This document shows positions 41,730 through 57,334 of a stretch of DNA of 64,000 nucleotides, piece after piece. The stretch is taken from NCBI RefSeq assembly GCF_009914755.1, contig NC_060926.1, one strand, 5' to 3'. The notes beneath the pieces are model-generated. The model saw only the letters and a list, made by a program, of their open reading frames with translations, was not told the DNA's origin and made no database searches. Numbering within the stretch: the first letter of the stretch is position 1; each line of letters begins with the position of its first letter. Source of the DNA: the human T2T-CHM13v2.0 reference genome, Homo sapiens. The position numbers and the translations under genes were made by a program.

Positions 41730-42296
41730 TCATGAAAACTTTCTGCACAATCTTTGCAAATTTCTATAAATGTAAAACTATTCTAAAATAAAAAGTCTAT
41801 TAAAAATGCCTATTTTCAGGCCTCATGCTAGTCCTTCAGAATTACACTATCCTGAGTGGGATGCAGACACCTACATATCTAACAAGACCCCCAGGTCTGA
41901 AAACTAATTTAGGATTAGCTGGAACTCCTACTACACTCAGAAGGCAACACCCTTGCAGCCACCTGCTCAGCTGCCCAAAAGAAAGGTGCAGAAGCTTCAA
42001 CAGAGACGAAGTTCAGGATACTAAAGAGTAGATACTTAGCTTCTAGAACACAGCAGCCAGTTCCTTTGTCTCGTGTATTATATTGCCATCAAATGCCTCT
42101 GAATAGAAATCATCAGTTCAATTTTTGCCCCAAAATTGGATTTGAACCTCTTGCAGTAATGATGCTAATAAAATTACCTCTAATAAGATATCTAAACTGC
42201 ATTTTTGCACTCTGCCATTAACAAAGTAAAACACTTAATGGTTAATTTGTCCTGCATCTTGGCTCACCACTGTATCTCTCAAAGAGTAACAAAACC

Positions 42297-42639
<343 letters not shown>

Positions 42640-44187
42640 TCATCAGGCTTGAAAGAGCTAAGTAACTACTCCTCTGTAACAGATTTCTGACATGAATATA
42701 ACGAAAATACTGCCATTCCTTACTTGAATTAAGATACATCAGGACCAAATTATATTGCAAAATGTAGCAGTAACATGCAGCAACATGCAAACAGAACATG
42801 ATGAAGCGGAAAGACAATTAAACTTGAGATCATAGTCACAGGTAGTAGACCATGTTGCAGTTACTAGCTTTGTGGCTTCTGAGGAGTTACCTGAACCCAC
42901 ATTAGCAAAACGATCAGTTTGGAATAGAAGACTTGTAAGATCCATTTGAGCTCTGGAGTTTTCACTATGGAATCTCAAAGCCAGGAGTTAGTCTTGCACC
43001 CAATATCACAGTGCTAAAACTTGGATTTGTAAACTCAAAATAATTTAGAACATAATTCAGAAACTAATGATAAAAGGTAAATGTAAAACTTGAGCATCTT
43101 TGTCCTTGAGAATTATGTCCCACAACATGAACTCAGCCAGTATCAAAGGCATTCAAAGATGCCTTTCAATCCATTTTGCCTCTATTACAAATGCTGCCAT
43201 GTGAGACAGAGACCCAAGGATAAAAGCTGACAAGTAGTAGAGAACAGAAAAGCCCCATAAAACAGATGTTTTAAACATGAAGCAGGTGTTGATGTTTATT
43301 TATACCTGGCTGCTGCATAGATTGACATTCTTAAAATTTCAAAGTAGAGTTTCTCCCCCACAGACAAGGGACAATGAAAACAAATAGACAAGTCACAAAA
43401 GAAATAAAAATGGTAAACAAGCATATGGAATAATGTTCAACCTAACTAATAAACATGCAAATTAAATCAACAAGGAGGTACCAAGTTTTTTCTTACCAAT
43501 TTTTTTACTAGTGTATTTTTCTGTGATGACAAAGATATAGTGAAACTATATTCTCATACATCACTGGTAAGTGATAGCATAAATTTGTACAGGTCTTTTG
43601 GAAAATATGTAATGATAAGCATAAAGAATGATTTATATATTCATGACCTTTGATTCTGCAATTTCACTAAGAACACAGGACAAAGCAATATGCATGAAGA
43701 TGTTCACTGCAGAGAAAAATTGGAAACAGCCTCTAAAAGTCCAGAAATAGATGAAAGATTGTAAACTTTGTTACATCTACTCAAATATTATATAGCTTTG
43801 TAAAAATGATGTTCTCAGAGGCTATTTAGTAACATAAAATGTTTATGACTTGTGAAATGTGGTAAACTACCAGATCATATATATACACACACATATATAT
43901 ATATATCTTTGGCTTATGCAATGTTTTTAAAATTTTAATTTAGTGAACATTTCCATACTGAGAAAATTTACACAAAAATATGTTTGTTTGGCTCTACTCA
44001 AAAAATCAGAATAACTGGCAAAACTGAGCCCTCGTACATGACAATTATTTGCAGCTGAGTAGTAACTCTTCCCTTTAGGACAAAAAATATATAACCCCCT
44101 TTGATCTACAGTCCCAATCCAATGGCTCGTGGAAGCATTTGAGTTCATAATCCCTGACCTAAATTTAAAAATCAGGGTTTAAAATTA

Positions 44188-44490
<303 letters not shown>

Positions 44491-44835
44491 TTATTATTAT
44501 ACATATAAATTTTAAATATGCACATAAAAAAGAATGAAATATCCCAAATTGCTACGAATGCTTGGTTGTCTTACAGTTCTGATATTATAGTTGATTTTTT
44601 TTTTAATTTTCTGCACTTCTCTTTTATTTGGAAAATGGGTTAGAAATTAGAAATTAGAAACCTGAGCCAATGTGACCTCTCAGTAAATGTCCAGTCTTTT
44701 AGTAAATACCAATAATCTCCAGCAACAAAAAAAATAAAGTGAAGACGATATATTTATTTCCCCATAATCTTGTGACCAGGTGGCGTGTTACAATGAAAGC
44801 AAGTGTTGCCCCAAATTCTTCTAAACGTACAATTG

Positions 44836-44940
44836 TTATTGGCCAGAAATTCTACCTTTGCTTCCTGTAATCCCAAATAAGTCCTCCTTTCTGTTCTCAG
44901 CCACAAATATTGAAATAAAAATGGCAGTGAAAGTTTCATT
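44836..44940 (-). CDS. Candidate alternative terminal coding exon of MREG (NETFTAIFISIFVAENRKEDLFGITGSKGRISGQ*)
   Basis: AG at 44941-44942 preceded by ~80 nt with no AG and a CTGAC branch-point-like motif; open in phase 0 (matching the exon 4 donor); AATAAA at 44753-44758. Inferred only. Confidence 0.4.
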   Translation of the reverse strand, partial: NETFTAIFISIFVAENRKEDLFGITGSKGRISGQ

Positions 44941-46779
44941 CTTAGGCAGACACAACAATATTCCAATAATAAGATCCGACAACATATCGTCAGGTGTGTG
45001 AAGTAGGCAGATAAAAAACAAATGGAGCTCTAGGCCTTGAGTACTGCTGGGTTTGACAGATTTTTAGTATCTTCTTCCTAAAAAAGGTGATGGAAACCAG
45101 ACAGAAAAGTATTCCTAGTATCATTTACACAGCTTAATAAACTTTCGGATACAAATTTTGATGAAGATAATTGAAATGATTAAGCAACCATCTCTAGAAA
45201 GTGGATTCCTGATTAAGATACTTCAAATGCTAACTATATGTCTCTAGAATATATGATAAAGTTCAGTTACACATATGCATAATTCACACTACATGTTTAA
45301 AAATGTTTAAAATAAATTGCTGCATAAAAACTACAGATGTTGTTTTTTTAAAAAGTAATGATCTATAGGCCTAAGCTTCCTCTAGCTATTATGTCATTAT
45401 TTTATTTCTGTATTTCTAATTCTATTCTCTCCAAATTTATTATCTTTAAATACTTAGAACATAGGTGAGAAACAATATCAAATAAATCCGCTATAGCTAA
45501 TAAGTGATTAAATGATGAGACTCAAGCTAAAATCTGGTTGCCTGACTTAGTTCTCCACAACCCAGTGTTCTAAATCCATATGTTTAAGTGACTTGAAAAC
45601 TGGATACCCAAATGTCCATCCATAGTGTGTCAAAACAGAAGATGGAAGAATATTCTAGAAGTTAATAACACTTGCTGAAACATTGTAAATAGCAAGTTCA
45701 AAGTGGCTACCCATTTTCATCCTGTACGTAGTTGTGATTTAGAAGTTATGAGAGTATACTCCCTTCACTGCAAAATATTTCTTGTGATATTAGTAATAGA
45801 AAGTGATCCGAGGAAATGAATAAATACATTAATTCAATGGAAAGGAAGCCAGGGTTGTGCCATGATCCCTCTCTGGGCATTGGAAAATAGTCAGATAAAT
45901 TGGTTTCTGCTGCTACCACTGCAGTTCTTTTCCAAAAGTTACTGCCATTAGTCGGATAACTCCTAGGGAAACTTAACATTTAATGTCTTCACTAAAGAAA
46001 GGACACTTGATGATGGTCTTGAAAAACCATCACATTGGAAAATATGTGATAGTGATTGTATTGGCAACTCAGATACTGTCACAGTTGGGTTCCCTGAGGG
46101 AAATTATTTTGAAATGGAGATTGGCATGAAAGAAGTCTATTAGCAAATTCCTGTGGAGGAGAGAAGGAAGACAGGCTTGGGGAAAGGGAGAGATTTTACT
46201 AAGATGCAGTCACAACAAAAGCCTCAGCCAACCTAATAGGGAACTCTGGAGCAATGTAAGTGTATGTGTGTTGTGTGTGCGCGCGCGTGTGTGTGTGTCC
46301 ATCATAAATATTTTCTATCTCAAGGGAATACAGTTTTTGATCTACCATTCTGATGGGTGGGGGAAGAAAACATTTGACAGATCAGTGGCCACAAACCATG
46401 TAGCTGACCTTGTCTTAGTCTATTCTAGCCAAGGTTTCACATCTGGTACAGACGCTGCAGTTACGGTTACTACTTGGCTGAGTTTTCAATAGTCCACTTT
46501 CATTCTCCAGTGTCTGGTTTTTACAGAGGTCAGAGTGGTGAATTAAATGGAATTATGATAAGGCTCAACATTCCCGCTTCCACATGGCTTTCCCTTTAAG
46601 AAAATTCTAACACACAAGCCAAGAAAGGAATGGCGGTTCTGTCAACTCCCAAGTATGTTCAGTCTGATTATTTATTCTGAAAGTAAGGAGATGACAGGGA
46701 CAGGGAGTCTAAGTAGGGGGATGATTATTCTGAAAGTAGTAGTCGACAGGGAGACTACCATTGGGTAGAGCCATGAATT

Positions 46780-47650
46780 CAGTGGACCTAGTGTTAAGTA
46801 ATACCTGGAAAAGAACTCCATTTATTACCTGAATCCCATATGCCCCTCACTCCAAAAGGTGGACTGTAGTGATACTCTGGTCCTGAAGTATCACTGTCAG
46901 CTTGGACCTTGTGTCTCAGCGCCCTCAGATTATTCATGTACTCCCCTTCCCCAGTGTACAGTTATCCAAGTAAATAACCATAGGGACATCATTGCCATAC
47001 ACACTTGCAGTGGTTTTACAAAGACCTTCTTGGAGACCTAGACTTTCCTTCAATCAGCAGTTTCTGCATTTGGAAAATAACAAAGGTCTGAAAATTTGGC
47101 AAAAGATTATAACCTTTTATTAAGGTGGCTGTGTCCTATCTCCTGATCACCCATCCTTGAGGTCTTTTGAAGGTATCGTTTGAGCAATACTCATTTTAGA
47201 CTTATTTTGCTCCTAAAGATGGCATGTTCCATTAACTGTCTCCAAAGCTCTCTGCAGGAATCCTTCAACCTGGCCACTCATTGTGATAATTGTATCCATT
47301 TGTCTTCTGATAGTGACTCACTGCCATTGGGCCTCTGTTCTTCCATGTCCATTGCTGTCAGTGAGCTCACTTCTGTAACAGCATCTGGCCTTCAGAACTG
47401 CCACTGAGCTTCTCAGGGATGCTGGTGCCCTCTCACCAATGCATTCCTTATCCCTTTAGTACATGTGTCCTCTGTGCCTTCTTGGGTGTCCCTTTGCCTT
47501 TAAGAAAGCATAAATAATATTCTGTGCAACACATCCATGAACTGTAAAACCAGGTGTTTGATCTACTGGTTAGAGGGTTTTCTCCTGGTGCATTTTAAAA
47601 TAAATATTAATATAAAAACTTCCATCCATCTACCACCCCAAATCAACCTG
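46780..47650 (-). mobile_element. Ancient ERVL-class internal (gag-pro) remnant
   Basis: Minus strand near 46860-46985 reads WLFTWITVHWG... then a degenerate DTGS/ELT/GP..H..PP, as in ERVL protease (PFTRVTVHWGKG...LLDTGSELTLIPG). An LTR16-like piece lies at ~46075-46250. Confidence 0.55.
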
Positions 47651-48237
47651 CATACACAGATGAGCCTTTAAGAAGTACTAAAGTAAGAATATAAAAAAAA
47701 ATGAAAAAGGAGTACTAAAGTAGTCGACAGGGAGACAAAAAGTGGGAAACTCTCTGGCCTCCCACACTTCTGTGGCTACTGGTCCTGCCGAGCACACTGT
47801 GACATCTACAGTGGCCACCTGAGGCACCCCTGCGCCCCTCTCATGCACTGCCATGTCCACTGGACTTAACACACATCTAATCCTTGACTGGCTTTAGGAT
47901 GATGGGAGGTCCTTAAACCCATGAGTGTTTCAGCCTCTCTGCCCTTTAATTTAAAGGGATTATGGAAAGAATATCTATCCCTTCTTATGTCAGAAATATA
48001 ACACACATCCAGCTGAAAAGTAAATACAGGAGTCTTTTAATTCCTTGTAAGGAAAATTTCCTGGATAATTCCATGTATTTTAATAATCACAGAGATAGTC
48101 CTATCCTTATTCATTATCAAAAATACTGTGGTAACAATTTATAGATGCACACAATCTCATCTATTTTGACATAAAAAAGGCAGAAAGGCAAAATACAAAT
48201 TCTGAGACAGAGAGTAAAACAATACGACATCCTTAGG

Positions 48238-48252
48238 TTTATTTATTTTATT
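48238..48252 (-). terminator. Distal poly(A) signal cluster of MREG
   Basis: Plus-strand tttatttattttatt gives three overlapping AATAAA on the minus strand, followed in transcript direction by GU/U-rich sequence (TGTCGTATTGTTTT...TTTGTATTTTG). Confidence 0.65.
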
Positions 48253-48989
48253 GTTTGTTTCACTGTTTGAATGTTTATCTTGCGAGAGTCTACAGAATTG
48301 AGAGAAAATATCTGCAGGCTAATTTTACATAACATGAGGCAAAGATTAAGCACTAAATATAAAAAATAAAACTTTTAGCTTGCTTATTAAACTAGGAAGA
48401 ATTTTCCTGAAACACAGCAGTTAAATTGGTCTACAATGCATTAATAAATGGAGAACACGGATCTCGCCTATGAAATATTTTAAACATTGTGGACGCTACC
48501 AAAAAGCTCATTGGTATATAAAAATTTTCAAGTCACAGTCCTCTAAGCAGACTAAATACAAGTTAGTTTTTAACCTGAATTCAGAAGTGCAAAATCTGTA
48601 AAAATAAAAATATTTCCATTGTTCTCAGCAATCTATGGATTAACCTTACAAATCCTTAAAGTCTTTTCAGTAACATGAACCATGATCTCTTGACAAGTTC
48701 CTTGCTTAAGTGGCAAGTAACTTTTGAAGCTGGACTTCTCAATCTGTAGAGAGAAGCAAGCTGCATTCACAGCATTGCTCCCTTTTGAAAATTATCTTCT
48801 GAAGAGAAGAAGGTCCAGCAAAGATCTTCAGTGCAATACTCCCTGCATATGTGCAAGTCTGCATGAGAGGTCCCCCCACAGGTGCAGCTGCCAGCCAACG
48901 AATCAGAAACAGATGAAAGAGGAGAGAAGAAAACAGAGGTCAAACACTTCAGTTTACAGATGCTATTCCAGATAAAATGCCAAGGGCTT

Positions 48990-49293
<304 letters not shown>

Positions 49294-49399
49294 GAGCGAA
49301 AGGCTTTTGGAATAGAAATGGACAATATACAAAGATGAGAGAACCAGATATCAATAATGTTGGGAATTTAAAATGCAAGTACAACACATGAATACATAA

Positions 49400-49705
<306 letters not shown>

Positions 49706-49932
49706 ATTCCTTGTCATTTCTATCATTTGATACATCTATACTTCTGAATAATCATAACTGATACTCAAAGAGATGCCCTGACACCCTCCAAGGTTCTACA
49801 AGGTGACCAAATCAGAGAGGTCACCTCATGCCTAGTATTATTTTGGGGTTAGCATACATTTTATAATAATTATTTTAAAACTGGCAATCCATTTTGGGAC
49901 TCAATGACAGCTCTCTCTATTAATCATATTGT

Positions 49933-49938
49933 TTTATT
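49933..49938 (-). terminator. Candidate proximal poly(A) signal of MREG
   Basis: AATAAA on the minus strand ~350 nt after the stop and before the Alu pair; the downstream element is only moderately U/GU-rich. Confidence 0.4.
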
Positions 49939-50290
49939 AACTGAAATAGTCCACTCAGTCAGTAGGATTAATGATCAGAGATTATGACACAACTAAAACC
50001 AAAGCTGGGGCAATGGGCTCTCAGAATGGAACCACCCATTATGAACTATCCATCTGACCAACTCTTTAACTTTCTTCCTAAATATGAGATCACCAAGGCG
50101 TTTCAATGCAGCCTGCACAATTCATGGGGCAGGGTCCTCAGATTAAAGACTTTACATTTATGTAGAATTCAGTATCATTTTTCACTAAGCAAACTCTATT
50201 TGCTCACTCTCTTCTACATGTAATTGTCCAACTTTGGTTGACTGCTGAGTCCTCATGGAAGAATTCCCATTCTGCCCCTGAGCCTCTCCT

Positions 50291-50425
50291 TTAGGGACTT
50301 GGAAACGGAAGGTAGTGCAGTTCTTTCTGGCCATCTGCCAGGCATGGAACCCCAGGCTTCTTGGGGTAAGTTCGACGAGCAAGCTTAAAGAACTCTTCTG
50401 CAGCATCAAGTGCAATGAGACGGTC
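50291..50425 (-). CDS. MREG: Melanoregulin last coding exon (exon 5), 44 aa + TAA
   Basis: tgtttttgcag|GACCGTCTC; encodes DRLIALDAAEEFFKLARRTYPKKPGVPCLADGQKELHYLPFPSP*, the MREG C-terminus; stop TAA at 50291-50293. Confidence 0.97.
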   Translation of the reverse strand, partial: DRLIALDAAEEFFKLARRTYPKKPGVPCLADGQKELHYLPFPSP

Positions 50426-50998
50426 CTGCAAAAACAAACAACAAACCAAAAAACTGCTGGCAAGATAGGAACCAAGACATGTCGATGGGAAAAAGCAATC
50501 TAACAACAACAAAACCCACCCTGGAAATGACAATGAGCAAGTAAGACGTTTATTAATTTTTTCCTAACAAATGTAGAGACACGCCTTAATCCTTTAGTTA
50601 CATTATCCAAGAAACATTTCCCCACTCCTTAGCGTCCTTTCTCCTTTCAGATTATTTCTTAGTCTTATAGGTTAAATAAACAATACTTCTCACATCTCTT
50701 TGACCTACAAATGGTTCAGAAAATAGACTACACAGTAGAATTCACTGAAAAATACAAACTCTTGAGCTGGAACCCAAGCCTCAGTAGGTCTACGTGTGAT
50801 ACAGAAATCTGAACTTTTAAAACTCTTTAGGTGATTCTGATGCTGCGGGCCACTGGGGACCACAGCATATAATGCCAGCATCTGCCACCTCATATGTGAT
50901 AGTGATGGTGGTGTTGGAATACGGAGGATAGTGAATAGTTTTAAAAAGCCAAGCAATTAAAGCAAAATTAGGGCAAATGAAAAAAAGCATCCACTTAC

Positions 50999-51162
50999 CA
51001 CAACAAAGAGATATCTCTCTGAGAGCTCCCAACTTGTTGGGAAAATATTGGTTTCTTCAGCCAGTTTTAACAACATCTCTCGAGCTTTCCTTGTGTTTTT
51101 AGAATCACTGATGGTGCTGAGTTTAGTCACTGACAACAAAGAGTCAGCTTCCTTTTGAAAAC
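50999..51162 (-). CDS. MREG: Melanoregulin internal coding exon (exon 4), 164 nt
   Basis: ctaccttag|GTTTTCAAAAG...GTTGTG|gtaagt; encodes (G)FQKEADSLLSVTKLSTISDSKNTRKAREMLLKLAEETNIFPTSWELSERYLFVV, within ORF 50957..51184. Confidence 0.97.
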
Positions 51163-52453
51163 CTAAGGTAGACAAATGGACCACTCATGTAAAGTAGTCC
51201 CAAGTTAACAAGTGTTCCGCAATACGGTCCCTGCAGGAGATTACGAACAGACCCATGTGGATTCTGTACAAGCATAAAGCATCAGAAAACTGAAGCCAAA
51301 GGTACTATTCCATGTGCTGCCTCCCAGATCCATGTGATTGGCAGGATATTTAATTACAATTCTTTCGGTATTTTTTTTCTCTTTGTTAACTTTTCCCTCA
51401 GAGCCTCAGATACTCATCCACTGGTTGCTTGCCACCTTGTTTCTGGTTTGAAGCCCTCTTTCCTGTCCTCCCTACTCTTTAGCTTCTCCCCTGTCCCCAG
51501 AATTCCTACCTGCCTCCCAGCCTGCAAAGTGGTTCCCTCCAGGCTGTCCTTCTCCAAACCTGGATTTTCTTCCTCAGGGTAATATGATTAGCTGGTAAAA
51601 ATCACTCACCCAAAAGTATAAAGGATTCAAAGACTTAAACCTACTTGGAGTAACTTTCATTGTTTAAAAAAAAAAAAAGGCTATTAGCTCACAACAATAC
51701 TAGATATGCAAAGAGGGCAGAGATCCCATCCCATCCCATTGCATGCCAACCAAAGCCATAGAGATCGGTCACATGGCCCCCCACGCTTGAAAAGTGATGA
51801 TGCCAAGATGTCATGCTCTCTTTCAAAGCAAAAGGATCAAGGACTTCAGAACTGATAAATTCACTTTTTAAACATTGAAGCAGGATTATTTTATAATGTG
51901 GGGGCCACATTTATTGTATCACAATCCCGGGAGAATTGAGAAAAATCATTATCATTAACCATTAGTGATGAGGGCAGGTATCTACCCTAATGCCACAAGT
52001 GTTTTTCCCAACCTCGAAGCTTTTCTTCCATATTTCTTCTGAAATTCTACACTGAGTTTTGCTGTCTGTCTTGCAAACAATATTTCTCCCAACCTGCTTC
52101 ATCTTACAAAGCTATGACTAATTGGCCAACACCCCATCTAATTAAATTAATGTACAATGCCAAAAAAGTAAATGTTAGTGCCCACATGACTGCACTGGCA
52201 TGCGTACCCTATACTAGGGACAGATGGAGTAACACATGGCAGAGTGTGTCCTGAAGACATGGACTGGTGACAACAGAAACATCAGGCATTTATGCTTGAG
52301 GATATAAGAGCAAGATTGGGAGAATAATTAGTACACAGTAGTCTTAATTAGGCAATTATTGACATTCCTTTTATAAAAACCATGGTGGAGAAATTGAAGA
52401 ATAATGATCACAACTAGTTATTTTTACCATTTCACAATCTCTTTTAGACTTAC

Positions 52454-52544
52454 CTAAATCTTCTAAGATGCACTTCCATCTGTTTCTTACTTCCCTTCGA
52501 ACCTGCCGCAGGGTATGGATATCATAGTTGAGCTTCTGCCACTC
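52454..52544 (-). CDS. MREG: Melanoregulin internal coding exon (exon 3 of canonical mRNA), 91 nt
   Basis: Minus strand reads tttcctgcag|GAGTGGCAG...GATTTAG|gtaagt and translates EWQKLNYDIHTLRQVRREVRNRWKCILEDL-G, recognised as melanoregulin (includes the WQKL LC3-interacting motif). Its phase joins correctly to the next exon. Confidence 0.96.
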
Positions 52545-54352
52545 CTGCAGGAAAATAAAAGTTTAGTTTTATTTATACCCCTTGGCTTAAACCTCTATCT
52601 CATTCCCAAACTTCATGTTGCCTAAACACCTGGCTCTTCTCTTTTATTAATCTTCAAAGCAAGCCTAAAAGAAGAGAAGGAGATGGATGAGATAAAGTTG
52701 ATAGGAATACTATCAGCTACCACTGCTGGAGAATCTGCTCTGCACCAGGTGATATGGCACCTTGCATAAATTATCTTACTGAAACTCTTCATATTACATA
52801 TTCTCTCAATTTAGTGATCTCACCTGTAAAGTGGAGTTAACAATGATAAATATTCCATTTAAGAATGTTATAAAGATTGATGGCATACAGAAAGTACAAT
52901 ATCTGCACACAGTGAGCATCTAATAAAATCTATATATTATTAAAGCCATTTTATAGATACAGTAACTGAGGCCCAAAGAGCTTCCTTGGCTAATCCAATG
53001 TCATCAGCTAATAGGTATCAGAATAGATATTGGAAGCCAAGTCTGGCTCAAAAGTTCATAAGAAACGGACACACACAAAAAAATCTATGTCTCCCTTTGT
53101 AGTCAGAATAAAGTAGACCTGAAAATCCCAAGTTTCTTGATTCCTGGGCAATGTCTCCTTCACCACCATATCTCAGCAACATTCTTTTTTATTCATTTTC
53201 CTTTGATAGGATGAATCTGTCACAAATTCAACTTTATCAACTGATTAAAGTTCTTTATCAGTCCTATGTAAAGGAGGCCATCATGTTGTTCCAATACAGA
53301 ACTTGAATCTTTTAGGAGCATTGGGGTCTTTATTGAGATAAGTGTGCCTTTAAAATGTCATAGAAATTTGTCTTTAAGGAGGCTTGTCACTATAGAGCAG
53401 TCATTTTATAGAGTATACCTTTTACTGTTTCTTAGCAAAGACATTAACCACACAGCTATCCTAATGCACAGCCCAAAAGAACATCATTCTAAATGCTCAA
53501 TTTAGGACTCAAGTTATATGATATTTTGACTCCTCTAACTGAAAATGTTTCAATGATGCCATTATTTCTCTACTAAGTTCTGTACAAGGCTTGCCTTGTT
53601 GATTGGCAATCAACTCATGACTGTTTAAGAAAAACCAATTTAGCTGCCATTCGCAAATGTTTATAGATACCACTTGGGAAAAGAAAAGCTAGCAAAACAA
53701 ACTGTGTTTTGTTACGACGGCATTTTAGATCTTGAATCTGAGGATATGCCATCAGCAGGGCATGGGCTTTCAGCTATTTTCTAGAAGTCAGGAAGTGGCA
53801 AGTTTGAATACTTTCTCCTGGTCCTCTTTTATTTTACCAAAGGCATGTTGAACGTGCATGTGCACATGTGCATGGTGATTGGGGTCAGGGACAAAATCTG
53901 TGACCTTGGAAGAGGGCAAAGTTAACTAAGTCATATAAGAAATATGCAACCCTAGCCACATCTTTAGCATCATGTTAAGGCATACCTATCTAATCCCTCA
54001 CAGACTATATAAGTTGTAAGGGAAAAAACTCAAGTACTGCTGTCTTCATTGGAAGGGCCTTATTATACTTACTTGGCCACTCAGTATAGCATATTGGAAA
54101 ATACTGTGGGTGCTGAGCCTGAGTGTCTGGGTTTGAATCCCAGCTCTGTTATTTACTAACAGCCTGACTTCAGGGAAGTTCTTAACCTCACTGTTCCTCA
54201 ATTGCCTCATCTGCAATATGGGGATAATAAAACTACCTACCTACCTCATTGGCTTATTGTGAGGATCAAATGAGTTAATACAAGTCCTTAAAATGGAGGT
54301 TGGTCCACATGCTCCTCCAAATCAGTGTAGCACAATTAAGAAACAATCCTAG

Positions 54353-55113
<761 letters not shown>

Positions 55114-56226
55114 CTAAGTACTAGATGGTTTTATCTTTCCTAAAAATTATTTCATCTTTCTGGATGTTGTAAATTTTATAACTGATCCATTTCCACTTGT
55201 GCCTGAAAATTTCAAGTCCTTTCATGAAAAAATATATACATACAGGATTTCACAAGCATTTTTGAATTACTTCAATTTCTGGCTACTTGTTATGACTTTA
55301 TTCATATTTTCCTCTTTCTTTCCTGTCTTATTCTAGTTTATCTTATCTCACTATACTTTTATGTAAGTTGCCTTAACTCCTTTTAGATAAAAAGATGACA
55401 ATAAAATAAACAAAATATTAGGCAGAGCTACACTGTGCTTATTCTCAGTGAAAATGACCCTGCTTTCTGGACTTCATGAAAAGTGACCAGATTGTTAGTC
55501 ACACTTGATTAGAGACCCACTCAATCAATCCAAGGATGAGTTGCCTCGTATGTTCACACAACTTTAACTTATGAAACAAACCACTAGGTGGCTTCTCCAA
55601 CTTGCAATTAAAGGTCTCTGACAATTTTTTTTAGCTCCTTAGGCTGATGTCTTAGGCCTTGTTCTAAATGCAGCCAAATCTCTGTTTTTCAGAGACTCAT
55701 TCATCATTGGATCATCCAGGCTTTGGACTTTTAAAACATCCTTCCCTTCCTGCTGTCCATCGATTAGTCATTTTGCTATTCCTAAATATCTACAATGAAT
55801 GTTATACGAATTCATTCAGTTTCAGTGTCTGTTACTCTGATAAAACATTTAATGGGGAAGCAACACATAACTAATAATCAATATGAGATTAAAGATCTGC
55901 TAAGGATGGATCCATAGTTGATGCATCTTTGGATCCCACCTTCCCCTACCATGGTTTGGGGACAGCTTGCACATGACAGGTGGTTGTTAAAATTAGTTCA
56001 ATGAAACTATGGATGTCATACTTCCATATTATTACTGTCTTCTTTTGACAGAATAGTCATGAATAATTATACATGAAAGTATCTGGAAATTTTATGCAAA
56101 ATTTAAAGCTCTAAAACCAGTAGAAGCATTGACAGGGTTTTAACTAAGAATAGACACTTGATTACATAATTGGTAAGAGGAGAATCTGGATTCCTCTTAA
56201 ACATGTGACTCCAAAGAATTGGATCT

Positions 56227-56648
56227 TGATATGGTTTGGCTCTGTGTCCCCACCCAAATCTCATGTCGAATTGTAATCCCCATGTGTTGAAGGAGGGGCC
56301 TGGTGGGAGGTGACTGGATCATAGACGTGGTTTCTAATGGTTTAGCACCATCCACCTGGTGCTGTCTCGTGATAGAGTTTTCACAAGATCTGGTTGTTTG
56401 AAAGCATGTAGCGCTTCCCCCTTCTCTCTCTCTCTCTCTGTCTCTTTCTCTCTCTCTCTCTCCTGCCACCGTGTGAAGAAGGTGCTTTCTTCCCCTTCGC
56501 CCTTTTGCCATGAGTGTAAGTTTCCTGAGGCCTCCCAGCCATGCTTCCTGTACAGCCTGTGGAACTGTGAGTCAATTAAACCTCTTTTCTTCATAAATTA
56601 CCCAGCCTCAGGTGGTTCTTTATAGCAGTGTGAGAACAAGCTAATACA
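56227..56648 (+). mobile_element. MSTA LTR
   Basis: TGATATGGTTTGGCTCTGTGTCCCCACCCAAATCTC...CTAATACA; TSD GATCT/GATCG. Confidence 0.88.
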
Positions 56649-57334
56649 GATCGAAATGCAGCAAATGAAAAATAGTGATGTAAAAAATGTTATCCAATTA
56701 CATCTCTCCATAACTAAAGAAACTAACTCCGCTACTCCCTGGCGTTAGAGCAAGTCTTCCGATGTCCCTCTCCAATTTTTAAATTGTAATGATTTATCTT
56801 TTAAGCTTGAAACAAATAATTTGAAAACAACAGTTAAAAGTCAATTACATATTCTTCCCAAGTGACTTCAATGCAATTCTACCAGACATCAAAAGTTAAA
56901 GTCTTATTTTCTAAAGTAATATTTTATTTGTTTTTCCTTAATTTCTGAAATAATATATTGTGGTCAATGTGATGCCGTGGCCCTGAACTTTAACAATGGG
57001 TCAATTAGCAAAGGTGTAGCAAAAGAAAACATACTGAGCTAATTTCATAAGATACCTGAGAACAAGTCAAAACTGAAATCAATAACTGAAGATGTTTATA
57101 GCTGAATTCTTGGGGTTTTTTTCCTCGTCAGTTGTTGGCCAAATCAGATTAGGGCTGCTAGATAAGAAGGTTGAGGCAACAAGATGAAAGGCAGAAAGAA
57201 CTCAATGTCCTGCCACCATCAATGGCTAATTCTCCTCCAGCTTTCAATCCCCGGGAGCTGACCTTGACCTTGAGTCCTGATTTAAGCTCCTCAGATCACT
57301 TTCTCATGCATAAAACTAAAACAACATTTGATTC

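Noticed and set aside
46260-46298. (GT)n(GC)n alternating tract, possible Z-DNA
   Set aside because: Short, common and not near an identified promoter.
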